NCBI GenBank assembly: GCA_035528575.1
Contig: DATKYK010000032.1
Coordinates: 7,163-71,162, forward strand
Direction: 5' to 3'
Source of the DNA: Dehalococcoidia bacterium
GTDB lineage: Bacteria > Chloroflexota > Dehalococcoidia > E44-bin15
Length of the DNA stretch: 64,000 nucleotides
The notes under the pieces: model-generated
Seen by the model: the letters and a program-made list of their open reading frames with translations, nothing else
The model's database searches: none
Told to the model about the DNA's origin: nothing
In this document: piece by piece, positions 12,065 through 21,751 of the stretch
Layout: every line of letters starts with the position of its first letter
Position numbering within the stretch: the stretch's first letter is position 1
Made by a program: the position numbers and the translations under genes

Positions 12065-12272
12065 GTTGGGGGGATAGGGCTTAGTGACTGAATAGCCTGT
12101 TCAGTTATAGAACACCCTTATCGCTCGGAAGTAAGCATTTTTACCGCCTGGAGAGCAATCCCACGAGTTAATGTAGTCGTTTATTGTGCCAGGCATTGTG
12201 GTTAGCCCTATAGCAGGAATAGCCTTTGTCAAAAAGGGTTTATAAAACCTGTTTATAGTTTCCAGCGATGTG

Positions 12273-12467
12273 CTATTTACCCTCTATTTTTGGAAAGAGG
12301 TCAATTGCACTATGCATATTAGCTACACTCTTCCCCCTGTTGGTGATATAATAGTAATCCGTTAGCGCCAGGCGCAATTTTCCGGACGGTGGATGCTTTC
12401 TTTGCTTAACCTGGGAGATGTATGGTTTGCTTAAATTGCTTAACTCCGCTATCTGGGAGGCAGTCAT
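12273..12467 (-). CDS. small helix-turn-helix protein (possible remnant of an element-borne regulator or recombinase N-terminus)
   Basis: Starts at the internal Met of the 93-aa ORF (MTASQIAELSNLSKPYISQVKQRK is HTH-like). The longer reading frame runs into the tRNA fragment and was not used. Confidence 0.4.
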   Translation of the reverse strand: MTASQIAELSNLSKPYISQVKQRKHPPSGKLRLALTDYYYITNRGKSVANMHSAIDLFPKIEGK

Positions 12468-12494
12468 TTTGTTAAGCAATTTAGATACGTCTGA

Positions 12495-12553
12495 GCAGAC
12501 CGTCAATCTGCCGCCGACAGGCTTTATAGGTTCGAATCCTACCCCCGCCACCA
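12495..12553 (+). repeat. partial copy of the tRNA-Tyr 3-prime half (att-like direct repeat)
   Basis: GCAGACCGTCAATCTGCCGCCGACAGGCTTTATAGGTTCGAATCCTACCCCCGCCACCA aligns with tRNA-Tyr 10094-10152 with about 4 substitutions. No matching 5-prime acceptor half lies upstream. Confidence 0.85.
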
Positions 12554-13031
12554 TACAGGTAGCTTACCGGGATTGTCCCCGCGGCCCCAAATTAGGGTGC
12601 CACGCGCATTTAATTAATTTATCTGTCGCCCCCGTCCTTGAATCGCCCCAAACGCATCAAATTTCAACGGCTTAAGGGGTAATTTCAGAGTTCTATAACT
12701 TAATGTGGTGGGGATACAAATTATCAGCGACAACCTTGATTTAATCGTCAGCGTCGATACGCCCTGGTTAAATAGCGAAAAATCTAACCCTTTCTCACTC
12801 TAAAAGGTACGTTCAGTTCCGGTCAATCACCATATAAGAGATTGTGATTTTAATACAATTGCATCAGGCAGCAGTATTGTCCAGTCTATCCAATATCCAG
12901 CGGTGCTGTAACACTTCGGTGCAGCATGTGCTTTGCAGCTGTGAGAAAAATTTTAACCAATGGGCGTCTGGGGTTAGAGACGATGAAGAGCATCGGCAAT
13001 AAGCGAGCTATACGGTGCGGGAGGGGATAGA

Positions 13032-13427
13032 GTGCATTACTTTGCGTATGCCTCAAATCTAAATCGCAGGCAGATGTCGGAACGCTGCCCCGGGAGCCAG
13101 CCCAAGTTCACCGCCACCCTGCCCAATCACCAGTTAATATTTGCCGGCTGGTCGAGGAACTGGCACGGAGGGGTCGCCAGCATCAAGCTATCTAAAGGGG
13201 AGAAGGTTATCGGTGCTGTCTACGAAGTGTCAGAGGGCTGTCTGGCGAAACTGGATATATACGAAGGGGCGAAATATGAACGGAGGTCTAAAACCGTATT
13301 TGCCGAGCTTGGTGAAGCGGTGGAGGTTGTAACCTACATCATGCGAGAACATTCGGAAGAAACCAAACCCTCACCGGAATACCTCGCTGTTATCCAGCAG
13401 GGCTACAGGGATTGGGGAATTGTCTAA
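13032..13427 (+). CDS. gamma-glutamylcyclotransferase / AIG2-like family protein
   Basis: 131-aa ORF with a GTG start after GGGAGGGG. N-terminus YFAYASNLNRRQM and the later YE..E pattern are typical of the GGCT/AIG2 fold. Confidence 0.75.
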   Translation: MHYFAYASNLNRRQMSERCPGSQPKFTATLPNHQLIFAGWSRNWHGGVASIKLSKGEKVIGAVYEVSEGCLAKLDIYEGAKYERRSKTVFAELGEAVEVVTYIMREHSEETKPSPEYLAVIQQGYRDWGIV

Positions 13428-13631
13428 CGATAATGATATATATGCGCTAATATAACAAAATGCCTGTCCTGCCTGCACGACCTCACGCTGCAATTTTGTA
13501 ACTACCCCTAGCACGATAACATATTCCGAAACTGCTGCTCCCTGTTACTGGAGCAAACATATCCGAAACCCCTTGATTTTCTATCTCCAGGTCTTTATGA
13601 TAGCGCTACACCACAGCAACGGAGAATCAGG

Positions 13632-15104
13632 ATGTCTGGTAAATATGACGTGATCGTGGTTGGGGCAGGCCCCGGGGGTGTAACATGTGGAGCACTGCTG
13701 GCCAAGCTTGGCCTTAACACCCTTGTGCTGGACAAGAACTCTCAGGTTGGCGGCAAGGCCATGACCCTTTCCAAAAGGGGGTTTCGATATGAATATTACC
13801 CAATCTGGCCATGTCCAGGTGCGGATTCCCAAATCCATGCCGCGCTGAAGGCGCTGGGGCTGGAGGAGCAGGTGGAGCTTATCCAGCCCGACCCCTTCGG
13901 ACTCATGCACTATGAGACCCCGTTGGGCGAGATAAGGACCATGGTAATGCGTGGCCCCGGTCACCCCACGGACCAGCAAGAACTCTTCGGCCTACTTGGT
14001 GTAAAGGAAACTGAAATGGAGGAGGTTCTCCGACTGTTCGGGGAGATTGTACTGATGTCTCCCCAAGACCGGGACCTCCTGGACGATGTCTCCACCCTTG
14101 AGTTCCTCGACCGTTATAACATCCCGAGATCGGTTTATTCCTTCATCGCCACCCTCCAAAGCGAAGGCACCATAGAAGTCCCGGGCGACGTCGCCTGCGC
14201 ATCCGAGGTGGTAAAGATCTTCCAGCAGCTCATCACCGGGGGCAGCGGGTGCTACCCTGCAGGCGGCCTCGGCGCAATGTATGAGGCCATAGCCGGAGCA
14301 GCCCGGGCAAACGGAGGTGACATTCGGTTAGAAACTAAGGTCGATCGAATAGTGGTGCAGAACGGGCGAGTGAGCGGCGTTCATACTGAGAAAGGTGATT
14401 TCTACGCACCCATAGTTGTGAGCAATGCGGGCATCCAGCCCACGGTGCTCAAGCTGGTGGGAGAGGAGCACTTCGACAGGAGCTATGTGAACTACGTGAG
14501 GGATCTGGTACCCAGTCTCGGCTTCGCCGGGGCCAGATACATCCTGAGCAAGCCGGTACTGGAATACCCCGTTTATATATATTTCTCCGATAATACCGTA
14601 TCCACTACGGACCATATACTAGAAGAGGAGTCCGGTCAAATGCCCGAACAGATCTACGTGTTCGTCTCAACCAACTCACTCTTCCCCGGCATGGCTCCCC
14701 CTGGCAAGCAACTCGTGCACACCGGCATCTCTTGCCCCGCCGACCCTAAGGTTGACCCCAAGACCTGGATGGACAAGGTGGAGGCCGAGGTTGCCAGGAT
14801 CTGGCCCGATGTGGTCGAGCACATTGAGGAGAGAGAGTACTACGGCTCGGCGCACATATCCGCTCTCAGCAGGGACTCAGTGGTTCCCGGCACTGGTGGT
14901 GAGTGCATCGGTCTGGGGCAGATAGTTGGTCAGTGCGGCAGGCACAAACCCTCAGCAAAGGCCCCGGTCGGCGGTCTTTTCTATGTCGGCGCCGATGCGG
15001 GTAGTACCGGTTTCTTTGCCAACAACCTGGCGGTAGCGTCCGGCCTGAACGTGGCCAAAACGGTTCTACAATACTTCAAGACGCATCCCGTTAGGTCGGT
15101 ATAG
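13632..15104 (+). CDS. FAD-dependent oxidoreductase, phytoene desaturase (CrtI)-like family
   Basis: 490-aa ORF with dinucleotide-binding motif DVIVVGAGPGGVTCGALLAKLGLNTLVLDKNSQVGG and CrtI-like length and C-terminal region. Confidence 0.85.
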   Translation: MSGKYDVIVVGAGPGGVTCGALLAKLGLNTLVLDKNSQVGGKAMTLSKRGFRYEYYPIWPCPGADSQIHAALKALGLEEQVELIQPDPFGLMHYETPLGEIRTMVMRGPGHPTDQQELFGLLGVKETEMEEVLRLFGEIVLMSPQDRDLLDDVSTLEFLDRYNIPRSVYSFIATLQSEGTIEVPGDVACASEVVKIFQQLITGGSGCYPAGGLGAMYEAIAGAARANGGDIRLETKVDRIVVQNGRVSGVHTEKGDFYAPIVVSNAGIQPTVLKLVGEEHFDRSYVNYVRDLVPSLGFAGARYILSKPVLEYPVYIYFSDNTVSTTDHILEEESGQMPEQIYVFVSTNSLFPGMAPPGKQLVHTGISCPADPKVDPKTWMDKVEAEVARIWPDVVEHIEEREYYGSAHISALSRDSVVPGTGGECIGLGQIVGQCGRHKPSAKAPVGGLFYVGADAGSTGFFANNLAVASGLNVAKTVLQYFKTHPVRSV

Positions 15105-15160
15105 AGCGATCCAGGGCACTTCTCGGGTACCTGCTAAAATAGAAAAAAGGGAGGCTTAAA

Positions 15161-16720
15161 ATGGCTGACTACGATGCGATCGTTGTAGGAGCGGGCCACA
15201 ATGGCCTTGCCGCTGCCACCATTCTGGCGAAAGCGGGCTTGAAGGTTCTGGACGTGGAAAAGAACGGATACGTGGGCGGAATGGCAGCCACCAGAGAGGT
15301 TATTAAGGGTTTCAGGCACAATGTCGGCGCCTGGGCATTCATGGTTTTCAGCCCACAACTTATGGAGGTCTTCGAGCTGGAAAAGTACGGCCTTGAGGTT
15401 TTCGAGCCCACAACCTCTTTTTGTAACTTTGGCGTCCCTGATGAAAACCCATTTGTCCTTTATAACGACCCGGGCAAACTGATAGAGCATCTGCAAAGGG
15501 ATCACGGGGAAGGCGCTCTGGAGGGCATGATGGGCGTGCTTGAATTCTGCCGTCCCTTCGCCGAGGCGTGGAATGCAGCGCGCTTCGATCCGCCCCCCTC
15601 CATAGGCTCTATAATCGAGGCCGCTCCCAGCCCTAAGGTTAAAGACGCCCTGAGAAAGTGCTTCTATGCCAGCACCATGGATATAGTCGATGAGTTTTTC
15701 CCCGACCCACAGAAGCACAAGCTGATTAAGTCCATGTTTGCCGGGATGTCCACCGATGCAATTTCCCTGGGACCCTATGAACCGGGGACCGCCTTTTCCC
15801 TGGCTTACCACCTCGTTCCTGCCGGCATTGGACAGTTTTACAAGCTGGCTAAAGGCGGCATGGGTATGGTCTCGGAAGCCCTGAAGAGGTCCTTCGAGGA
15901 AAAAGGCGGTGAGGTCAGGCTCAATGCCAGGGTAAGGAGGATCCTGGCAGAAAACGGAAAGGCCACTGGGGTAGAGCTCAGTAATGGTGAAAGGATAACC
16001 TCCAGAGTGGTCCTTTCTAATCTCGATGCCTATGCCAGCTTCATAGGCCTGGTTGGGGAGGACAACCTGCCCTCCGATTTCGTTCGCATGGTCAAGAGGA
16101 TAAAGTACGGTACCCCATTCATACAGGTTCATTGTACTTTGAAAGAGCTACCTGAATTCACTGGGGACCTTGCCTTTGTCAACGAGGACAATACCAGGTG
16201 GTTTATGAGCTATACCCGCGGCCCGGAGCACTATCAGCACTGTACAGACGCGATTAAATGGGGGAAGATACCTGAAGACCCGATGTTTGCTTACTATATC
16301 CCCAGTATTTGGGATGATAGCATGGCTCCAGCGGGCTATCACACAATTACCTTCTTTTCATTCTATTTCCCAATACTGCCCCCGGGAGATGAGCATGACC
16401 GGATGAAAGAAGAAGTAACAAACAAACTAATAGACAAAATGAATGAATATGCCCCGAATCTAAAGGACGCCATCGTGGACCGGGTAGCCTTCACCTCGAT
16501 GCATTTCGAGAAGATGTGTGGCATTACCAGAGGCGATTACGCTCACGGCCTGCTTCTCCCCGGCCAGATGTTTGACTTCAGGCCGGTGGTAGGGTGGTCA
16601 GGATACAAGACACCGGTGGAAAACCTTTATCTCTGTGGTTCGGCCTGCCATCCCGGCCCGGGGGTGACAGCGGTACCAGGCTACAACAGCGCCCGCGAGG
16701 TGCTGAAGAACTGGAAGTAA
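15161..16720 (+). CDS. FAD-dependent oxidoreductase, phytoene desaturase (CrtI)-like family (paralogue of the preceding gene)
   Basis: 519-aa ORF with DAIVVGAGHNGLAAATILAKAGLKVLDVEKNGYVGG and a C-terminal LYLCGSACHPGPGV motif. Confidence 0.85.
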   Translation: MADYDAIVVGAGHNGLAAATILAKAGLKVLDVEKNGYVGGMAATREVIKGFRHNVGAWAFMVFSPQLMEVFELEKYGLEVFEPTTSFCNFGVPDENPFVLYNDPGKLIEHLQRDHGEGALEGMMGVLEFCRPFAEAWNAARFDPPPSIGSIIEAAPSPKVKDALRKCFYASTMDIVDEFFPDPQKHKLIKSMFAGMSTDAISLGPYEPGTAFSLAYHLVPAGIGQFYKLAKGGMGMVSEALKRSFEEKGGEVRLNARVRRILAENGKATGVELSNGERITSRVVLSNLDAYASFIGLVGEDNLPSDFVRMVKRIKYGTPFIQVHCTLKELPEFTGDLAFVNEDNTRWFMSYTRGPEHYQHCTDAIKWGKIPEDPMFAYYIPSIWDDSMAPAGYHTITFFSFYFPILPPGDEHDRMKEEVTNKLIDKMNEYAPNLKDAIVDRVAFTSMHFEKMCGITRGDYAHGLLLPGQMFDFRPVVGWSGYKTPVENLYLCGSACHPGPGVTAVPGYNSAREVLKNWK

Positions 16721-16730
16721 TGAGGCAATT

Positions 16731-17282
16731 GTGAAGGAAGAAAACGCCGGACGGCCAGTAGAATCCAAGGCACAATTGGAGGAGCTCTCCAAAGCGGAGC
16801 TTGTTGATCTCATCCGATTGTATTCCAAATTGTTCCTGGCGGTGGACGCCTTCTGGTATCTGGCAGTCAGGGAAAAAGTGGACGAGGATACCGCTACCGC
16901 CTGTGACATCTGGGTATGGGAGAAATATACCCCCTACGAGCTCAAAAGGCTGATGCCGCTCAGGAACATAAAAGGTAGTGACCTGGAAGCCTTCGCCACC
17001 GCCCTGGGCTTCTCGCCCTGGTTCGCCAACCTGAAATACAGGCTCACCCGCGAGGGTGAAAACAGGCTGACCTTTACCGTGCTGGAATGTCCCACTCTAG
17101 AGGCGCTAAAACGGGAGGGCTCAGGAAGGGAGAATGTCATCTGCCGGCAGGTAGACCCGAAGCTTTTTCAAATCATGATCCAGTGCTTCAACCCCAGGGG
17201 CAAGGCCACCCCAGTTGAGCTGCCTCCCCAGACAAACGGTAAAAGCATATGCTGCCGCTGGCAGTTCTCAATAGAGGAGTGA
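16731..17282 (+). CDS. hypothetical protein co-transcribed with the two flavoproteins
   Basis: 183-aa ORF with a GTG start 10 nt after the previous stop. No family recognised with confidence. Confidence 0.55.
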   Translation: MKEENAGRPVESKAQLEELSKAELVDLIRLYSKLFLAVDAFWYLAVREKVDEDTATACDIWVWEKYTPYELKRLMPLRNIKGSDLEAFATALGFSPWFANLKYRLTREGENRLTFTVLECPTLEALKREGSGRENVICRQVDPKLFQIMIQCFNPRGKATPVELPPQTNGKSICCRWQFSIEE

Positions 17283-17828
17283 GAAGCAACCAGTGGGATA
17301 CCCCGGTTGTCCTCCCGGCTCCCATGCTAGTGCTAGGCACATTCTGTCAACTGTACCTATCGGTGGCGCGGAAGCTCTATCCTATGTCCCCTCCCGTGTA
17401 TCACATACTCGACCTAATACAGACGGCCATCGGGGAGCAGCCAGCGCTCCGACACTCGGAGCGGGCCGGCCAGATGATAAGGTACATGACCTTTAGCCTG
17501 CCCCGGATGGTTTCACCAGGGAGGAGCTGGGTCGAGGTCTAGTGCGCCACAGCAGCCCTGCCTTTGGCGATAGCAGACCATATCGTCATTACAAGCCTCA
17601 GGCGAAGTAATCGCCTCAGGCGTGGGTTTGAAGTAATGCCCACAGCCTATTAGTGCTGATGTCCTGGACACCGCGCAACGTAAACATTGCACCCCTTGTT
17701 TTTGTGTGCTATACTCTCTGCGAAATTGCACTTAGGAGGGGGTGGTATGTGACATATTTGGCAAGACAGGTATAGCCTGCCATAGTGTAATCAAAGAACG
17801 ATATATAACATAAAAGGAGGGAAGACGA

Positions 17829-19022
17829 TTGAAGAAGTACATGAAGTGGTCGGTAACCCTAACCCTGATGCTAGCACTGGTTGCAATGAGCAGCATGAGT
17901 TGCGCCCAAGAAACAGTAATAGAAGAAGGGGATACCTACAACGTGGGAGCACTATTTTCTACTACTGGCCCCGCTTCAAACCTTGGAGTACCTGAAAAGA
18001 ACACGGTGGAGATGATGGTGGACCAGATCAACGATGCGGGCGGCATCAACGGACATCCTCTGGAGGTCACTATCTACAATGACGAGAGCCTTCCGGAGAA
18101 GTGCGCCACGCTGGCGAACACGCTTATCGAGGATGGTATGCTGGCCATAATTGGGCCCACCACCAGCGGGAATAGCCTGGCCATCCTCGATATTGTGACC
18201 ACAGCAGAGATCCCACTGGTCTCCTGCGCCGCCAGCATCGACATTGTGGAACCGGTGGAGGATCGTTACTGGATATTCAAGACCCCGCAGACCGACAAAG
18301 AGGCGGTTACCGAGATATACACCTATCTCGAGGAAACAGCAAATATAACCAATATAGCCCTCATAACCGCCACCTCCGGGTATGGAACTTCCGGTAGGGG
18401 CATCCTCATAGCTGATGCTCCCGACTTCGGGCTCACTGTTGTGGATGACCAAACATTTGCTGAGACTGACACTATCATGCAGTCTCAGCTTACCCATATC
18501 GGGGGTACCGATGCGGAAGCGGTAGTTTGTTGGGCTACCGATAAGGAATCCGCCTCCGTCGCCAAGGACATGCAGACGCTGCAGATGGAGATCCCGCTGT
18601 TTTGCAGCCATGGAATAGCCAACATGGACTTTATTACCGCGGCGGGAGATGCTGCCAACGGGGTTATCTTCCCCGCAGGCAAGCTGCTAATCGCTGACCT
18701 AGTTCCGGCCGATGACCCTCAGAAAGAAGTATTGACGAATTATATAGCGGACTACGAGGCTCTCGGCGAGGGAACTTTCAGCACATTTGGCGGACATGCC
18801 TACGACGCCCTCAGCATGGTGGTTATGGCTCTTGACGGATTAGATGAAGGTCTAACCATCACGGAAGCCAGGGCTGCAGTCAGAGATGGGTTAGAAGGGA
18901 TTACAAATTTCGCTGGCACCGGTGGTATCTTCACTATGTCGCCTACCAACCACCTGGGAATGGCTCCCGGCTCTCTGGCCATGATCGAGATCGTCAATGG
19001 GGAGTGGACCTGGCTCAAGTAA
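17829..19022 (+). CDS. branched-chain/aromatic amino-acid ABC transporter substrate-binding protein (LivK family)
   Basis: 397-aa ORF with a TTG start 7 nt after GGAGGG. Has a signal peptide with Cys (MSSMSCAQ) and LivK-like core motifs. Confidence 0.9.
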   Translation: MKKYMKWSVTLTLMLALVAMSSMSCAQETVIEEGDTYNVGALFSTTGPASNLGVPEKNTVEMMVDQINDAGGINGHPLEVTIYNDESLPEKCATLANTLIEDGMLAIIGPTTSGNSLAILDIVTTAEIPLVSCAASIDIVEPVEDRYWIFKTPQTDKEAVTEIYTYLEETANITNIALITATSGYGTSGRGILIADAPDFGLTVVDDQTFAETDTIMQSQLTHIGGTDAEAVVCWATDKESASVAKDMQTLQMEIPLFCSHGIANMDFITAAGDAANGVIFPAGKLLIADLVPADDPQKEVLTNYIADYEALGEGTFSTFGGHAYDALSMVVMALDGLDEGLTITEARAAVRDGLEGITNFAGTGGIFTMSPTNHLGMAPGSLAMIEIVNGEWTWLK

Positions 19023-19056
19023 AAAACCGACTGTCTGATAGACTCTGGATGTGACC

Positions 19057-19090
19057 AAGGGGGAAAGTGCAGCTTTCCCCCTTGTTGTCT
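19057..19090 (+). terminator. hairpin after the binding-protein gene (possible intra-operon attenuator)
   Basis: AAGGGGGAAAG-loop-CTTTCCCCCTT followed by a T-rich tract (TGTTGTCT), between the SBP gene and livH. Confidence 0.4.
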
Positions 19091-19116
19091 GGTAATACCG
19101 TAAGGAGATCTGACGT

Positions 19117-20001
19117 TTGTCAGCAGACCAGTTCCTTCAGTACCTCGTATCCGGTCTTACCCAGGGCAGCATCTACGCCCTGGTAGGCCTGGGTTTTACC
19201 ATCATTTATGCCGTAACCCGCATCATTAACTTCGCCCAGGGCGAATTCGTGATGCTGGGGGGCATGCTATCATTTACACTCGCCTGCTCCGCCGGGATAC
19301 CCCTGGCTCCCGCCCTGCTCCTTTCAGTGCTCATCGCAGCAGCTATTGGCGCCATTATGTATCTACTCGCCATCCGCACCGCCAGGAAGGCTTCGGTTAT
19401 CAGCCTTATCATCACCACCATCGGAGTCGCTATCTTCATTCGCGGAATCGCCGGGGTGCTATGGGGTGTGGACTACGTACGCCCCCCATTCTTCACCGGG
19501 GATGAATCCATATCCTTCCTGGGTGCCTACATTCACCCCCAGGCACTGTGGATAATCGGCACCACGCTGGTGGTGACCATTCTGCTGCACCTCTTCCTCA
19601 CCCATACAATGGTGGGTAAGGCGCTTAAGGCATGTGCCATAAACCCAAGGGCATCGGGCCTGGTGGGAATCAATACCAGAGCAATGTCTCTCATCGCCTT
19701 CGCCATAGCGGCAGCCCTGGGCGGTATCGGCGGGGTGGTCATGGCCCCGCTCACCCTTACCTCGTACAACGTAGGTGTCATGCTGGGGCTCAAGGGCTTT
19801 GTGGCAGCATCCATCGGCGGCTTCAAGAGCCCGGTTGCAGCGGTTATCGGGGGCCTTATGCTGGGAATCGTTGAGTCCCTGGCAGTGGGACTGGACTGGG
19901 GCCCATTTACCTCGGCATATAAGGATGTCATCGCCCTGGTGGTCCTGCTTCTAATACTGGTAATCAGGTCGGGCAGGCTGGCGGCGGAGGAGGCAGGCTG
20001 A
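19117..20001 (+). CDS. livH: branched-chain amino-acid ABC transporter permease
   Basis: 294-aa polytopic membrane ORF with LivH-type N-terminus (LQYLVSGLTQGSIYALVGLGFTIIY). TTG start after TAAGGAG. Confidence 0.9.
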   Translation: MSADQFLQYLVSGLTQGSIYALVGLGFTIIYAVTRIINFAQGEFVMLGGMLSFTLACSAGIPLAPALLLSVLIAAAIGAIMYLLAIRTARKASVISLIITTIGVAIFIRGIAGVLWGVDYVRPPFFTGDESISFLGAYIHPQALWIIGTTLVVTILLHLFLTHTMVGKALKACAINPRASGLVGINTRAMSLIAFAIAAALGGIGGVVMAPLTLTSYNVGVMLGLKGFVAASIGGFKSPVAAVIGGLMLGIVESLAVGLDWGPFTSAYKDVIALVVLLLILVIRSGRLAAEEAG

Positions 20002-20984
20002 TGCTGGCAATGGTAAAGGGTAAGTGGGTTTATCTGGTGATTGCCGCCCTGCTGGCGTTCCTGATATTGATACCCTTCGATTGGTTCCTGGGTCACTACA
20101 CCACCCTTATGATCTTCATCGGCATCAGCACCATGGTTACGGTGGGGCTGTGCCTCCTGATGGGCTATACCGGGCAGGTATCTCTGGGACAGGCCGCCTT
20201 CTATGGCCTAGGCGCCTATTTCTCCGCCGTCCTGAGCAAGACCTATAGCGTCAACCCCTGGCTGGCAATGCTGATAGCAGCTATAGCTACCGGCGCCTTT
20301 GCCTATGTCATCGGCTATCCCATCCTCAGGCTCAGAGGTAACTACTTGGCCATGGCCACACTGGGACTGGGCCTGATCATGTGGATCCTGTTCGGGCAAC
20401 TTAGCCAATTCACCGGCGGACCCGATGGCATGGCAGGAATTCCCTACCTTTCCATCGGCGGTTTTGTCTTCGATACCTCCTTCAAACGGTATTTCCTGGT
20501 CTGGTTCTTCTGCCTGGCTATACTTTTTATCTCACAGAACATCGTCAGATCGCGGTCAGGCAGGGCGCTCAGGGCCATTCACGGCAGTGAGGCTGCCGCC
20601 GAGTCGATAGGCATCAATGTTGCCCGGTTCAAGGTAAAGATCTTTGTGCTGAGCGCCGTCTATGCCTCACTGGCAGGAAGCCTCTTCGTCCACCACCTAC
20701 GCTTCGTCAGCCCCCAGTCCTTCGACTTCCTCGCCTCGGTAAAGTTTGTGGTGATGGCGGTGATAGGGGGTCTGGCGAGTATCTGGGGCGCTATCTTCGG
20801 GGCCGGCACCACCCGTATGCTGAGCGACGAGCTGCTGCTCGGGTTCGGTGAATGGGATGTTGTTGTCTATGGAGCCATCCTGGTCATAGTGATGATCTTC
20901 ATGCCCGAAGGTCTTTTTGTTAAACTCAAGGAGCTTATAGGGCGATGGCGACTGAGGTATGCTGAGAGAGGGTCTGAAACGTGA
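20001..20984 (+). CDS. livM: branched-chain amino-acid ABC transporter permease
   Basis: 327-aa polytopic ORF with a LivM-type motif (GYTGQVSLGQAAFYGLGAY). Its start overlaps the livH stop. Confidence 0.9.
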   Translation: MLAMVKGKWVYLVIAALLAFLILIPFDWFLGHYTTLMIFIGISTMVTVGLCLLMGYTGQVSLGQAAFYGLGAYFSAVLSKTYSVNPWLAMLIAAIATGAFAYVIGYPILRLRGNYLAMATLGLGLIMWILFGQLSQFTGGPDGMAGIPYLSIGGFVFDTSFKRYFLVWFFCLAILFISQNIVRSRSGRALRAIHGSEAAAESIGINVARFKVKIFVLSAVYASLAGSLFVHHLRFVSPQSFDFLASVKFVVMAVIGGLASIWGAIFGAGTTRMLSDELLLGFGEWDVVVYGAILVIVMIFMPEGLFVKLKELIGRWRLRYAERGSET

Positions 20985-21751
20985 GCGAATCAATACTGGA
21001 GACTAAGGGCCTGAGCAAGGCCTTCGGGGGCCTCGTAGCTCTGGATAAATTGAACCTTGCAATTGAGAAAGGCACGATCACTGCCATCATCGGCCCCAAC
21101 GGGGCAGGGAAGACCACGCTCTTCAACGTTATCACCGGTGTCTACCCGGCTAGTGACGGCGAGATACTTTTTGAGGGCACGCCGCTCAAGGACGCTGCAC
21201 CTCATAAACGGGCGGCGCTGGGCATCGCACGTACCTTTCAGAATGTCCTCCTGTTCGGCAACATGACCGTCCTGGAGAATATAATGACAGGCCAGCACCC
21301 CCGCAGCCACTACGGCTTTCTGGGGGCTGCCCTCCGCCTTCCCCGTGCTCACCGTGAGGAGGAGACCATCTCCTTAAACGCCATGAAATACCTCAACATG
21401 GTGGGACTGGGAACATTCGCCGGGCAGAATGCCATGAGCCTGCCGCTGGGCCAGCAGAAACTGCTTGCTATAGCCCGGGCCCTGGCCACAGAGCCACGGC
21501 TTATTCTGCTGGATGAGCCCGGAGCCGGGCTGAACACGCTGGAGAAGCGGGAGCTGAGCGACCTCATCCACCGTATCCGGGAAACAGGGATCAGCGTCAT
21601 GCTGGTTGAGCATGACATGCCTCTGGTAATGGGCATTGCCGAATGGATCATCGTGCTGGACAGCGGACAAAAGATAGCCGAGGGCACCGCCGCTCAAGTT
21701 CAGAAGGACCAGAGGGTCATCTCCGCTTACCTGGGGGAGGAGGAGGACTGA
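20981..21751 (+). CDS. livG: branched-chain amino-acid ABC transporter ATP-binding protein
   Basis: 256-aa ORF with Walker A GPNGAGKTT, signature LPLGQQK, Walker B LILLDEP. GTG start overlaps the livM stop. Confidence 0.92.
   Translation: MSESILETKGLSKAFGGLVALDKLNLAIEKGTITAIIGPNGAGKTTLFNVITGVYPASDGEILFEGTPLKDAAPHKRAALGIARTFQNVLLFGNMTVLENIMTGQHPRSHYGFLGAALRLPRAHREEETISLNAMKYLNMVGLGTFAGQNAMSLPLGQQKLLAIARALATEPRLILLDEPGAGLNTLEKRELSDLIHRIRETGISVMLVEHDMPLVMGIAEWIIVLDSGQKIAEGTAAQVQKDQRVISAYLGEEED

Larger units (their letters stand above)
10153..12494. mobile_element. degraded integrated islet downstream of tRNA-Tyr
   Basis: Bounded by the intact tRNA-Tyr and a 59-nt diverged copy of its 3-prime half at 12495-12553. 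AT-rich relative to flanks. Holds only short orphan ORFs, a TM2-like fragment and an HTH gene. No intact integrase. Confidence 0.55.

Noticed and set aside
12273-12554. 93-aa version of the HTH ORF.
   Set aside because: The first 29 codons are the reverse complement of the tRNA-Tyr fragment. The internal Met at 12467 is the more plausible start.
15134-16132. 332-aa minus-strand ORF.
   Set aside because: It is antisense to the second CrtI-like flavoprotein, which has a clear FAD-binding motif and operon context.
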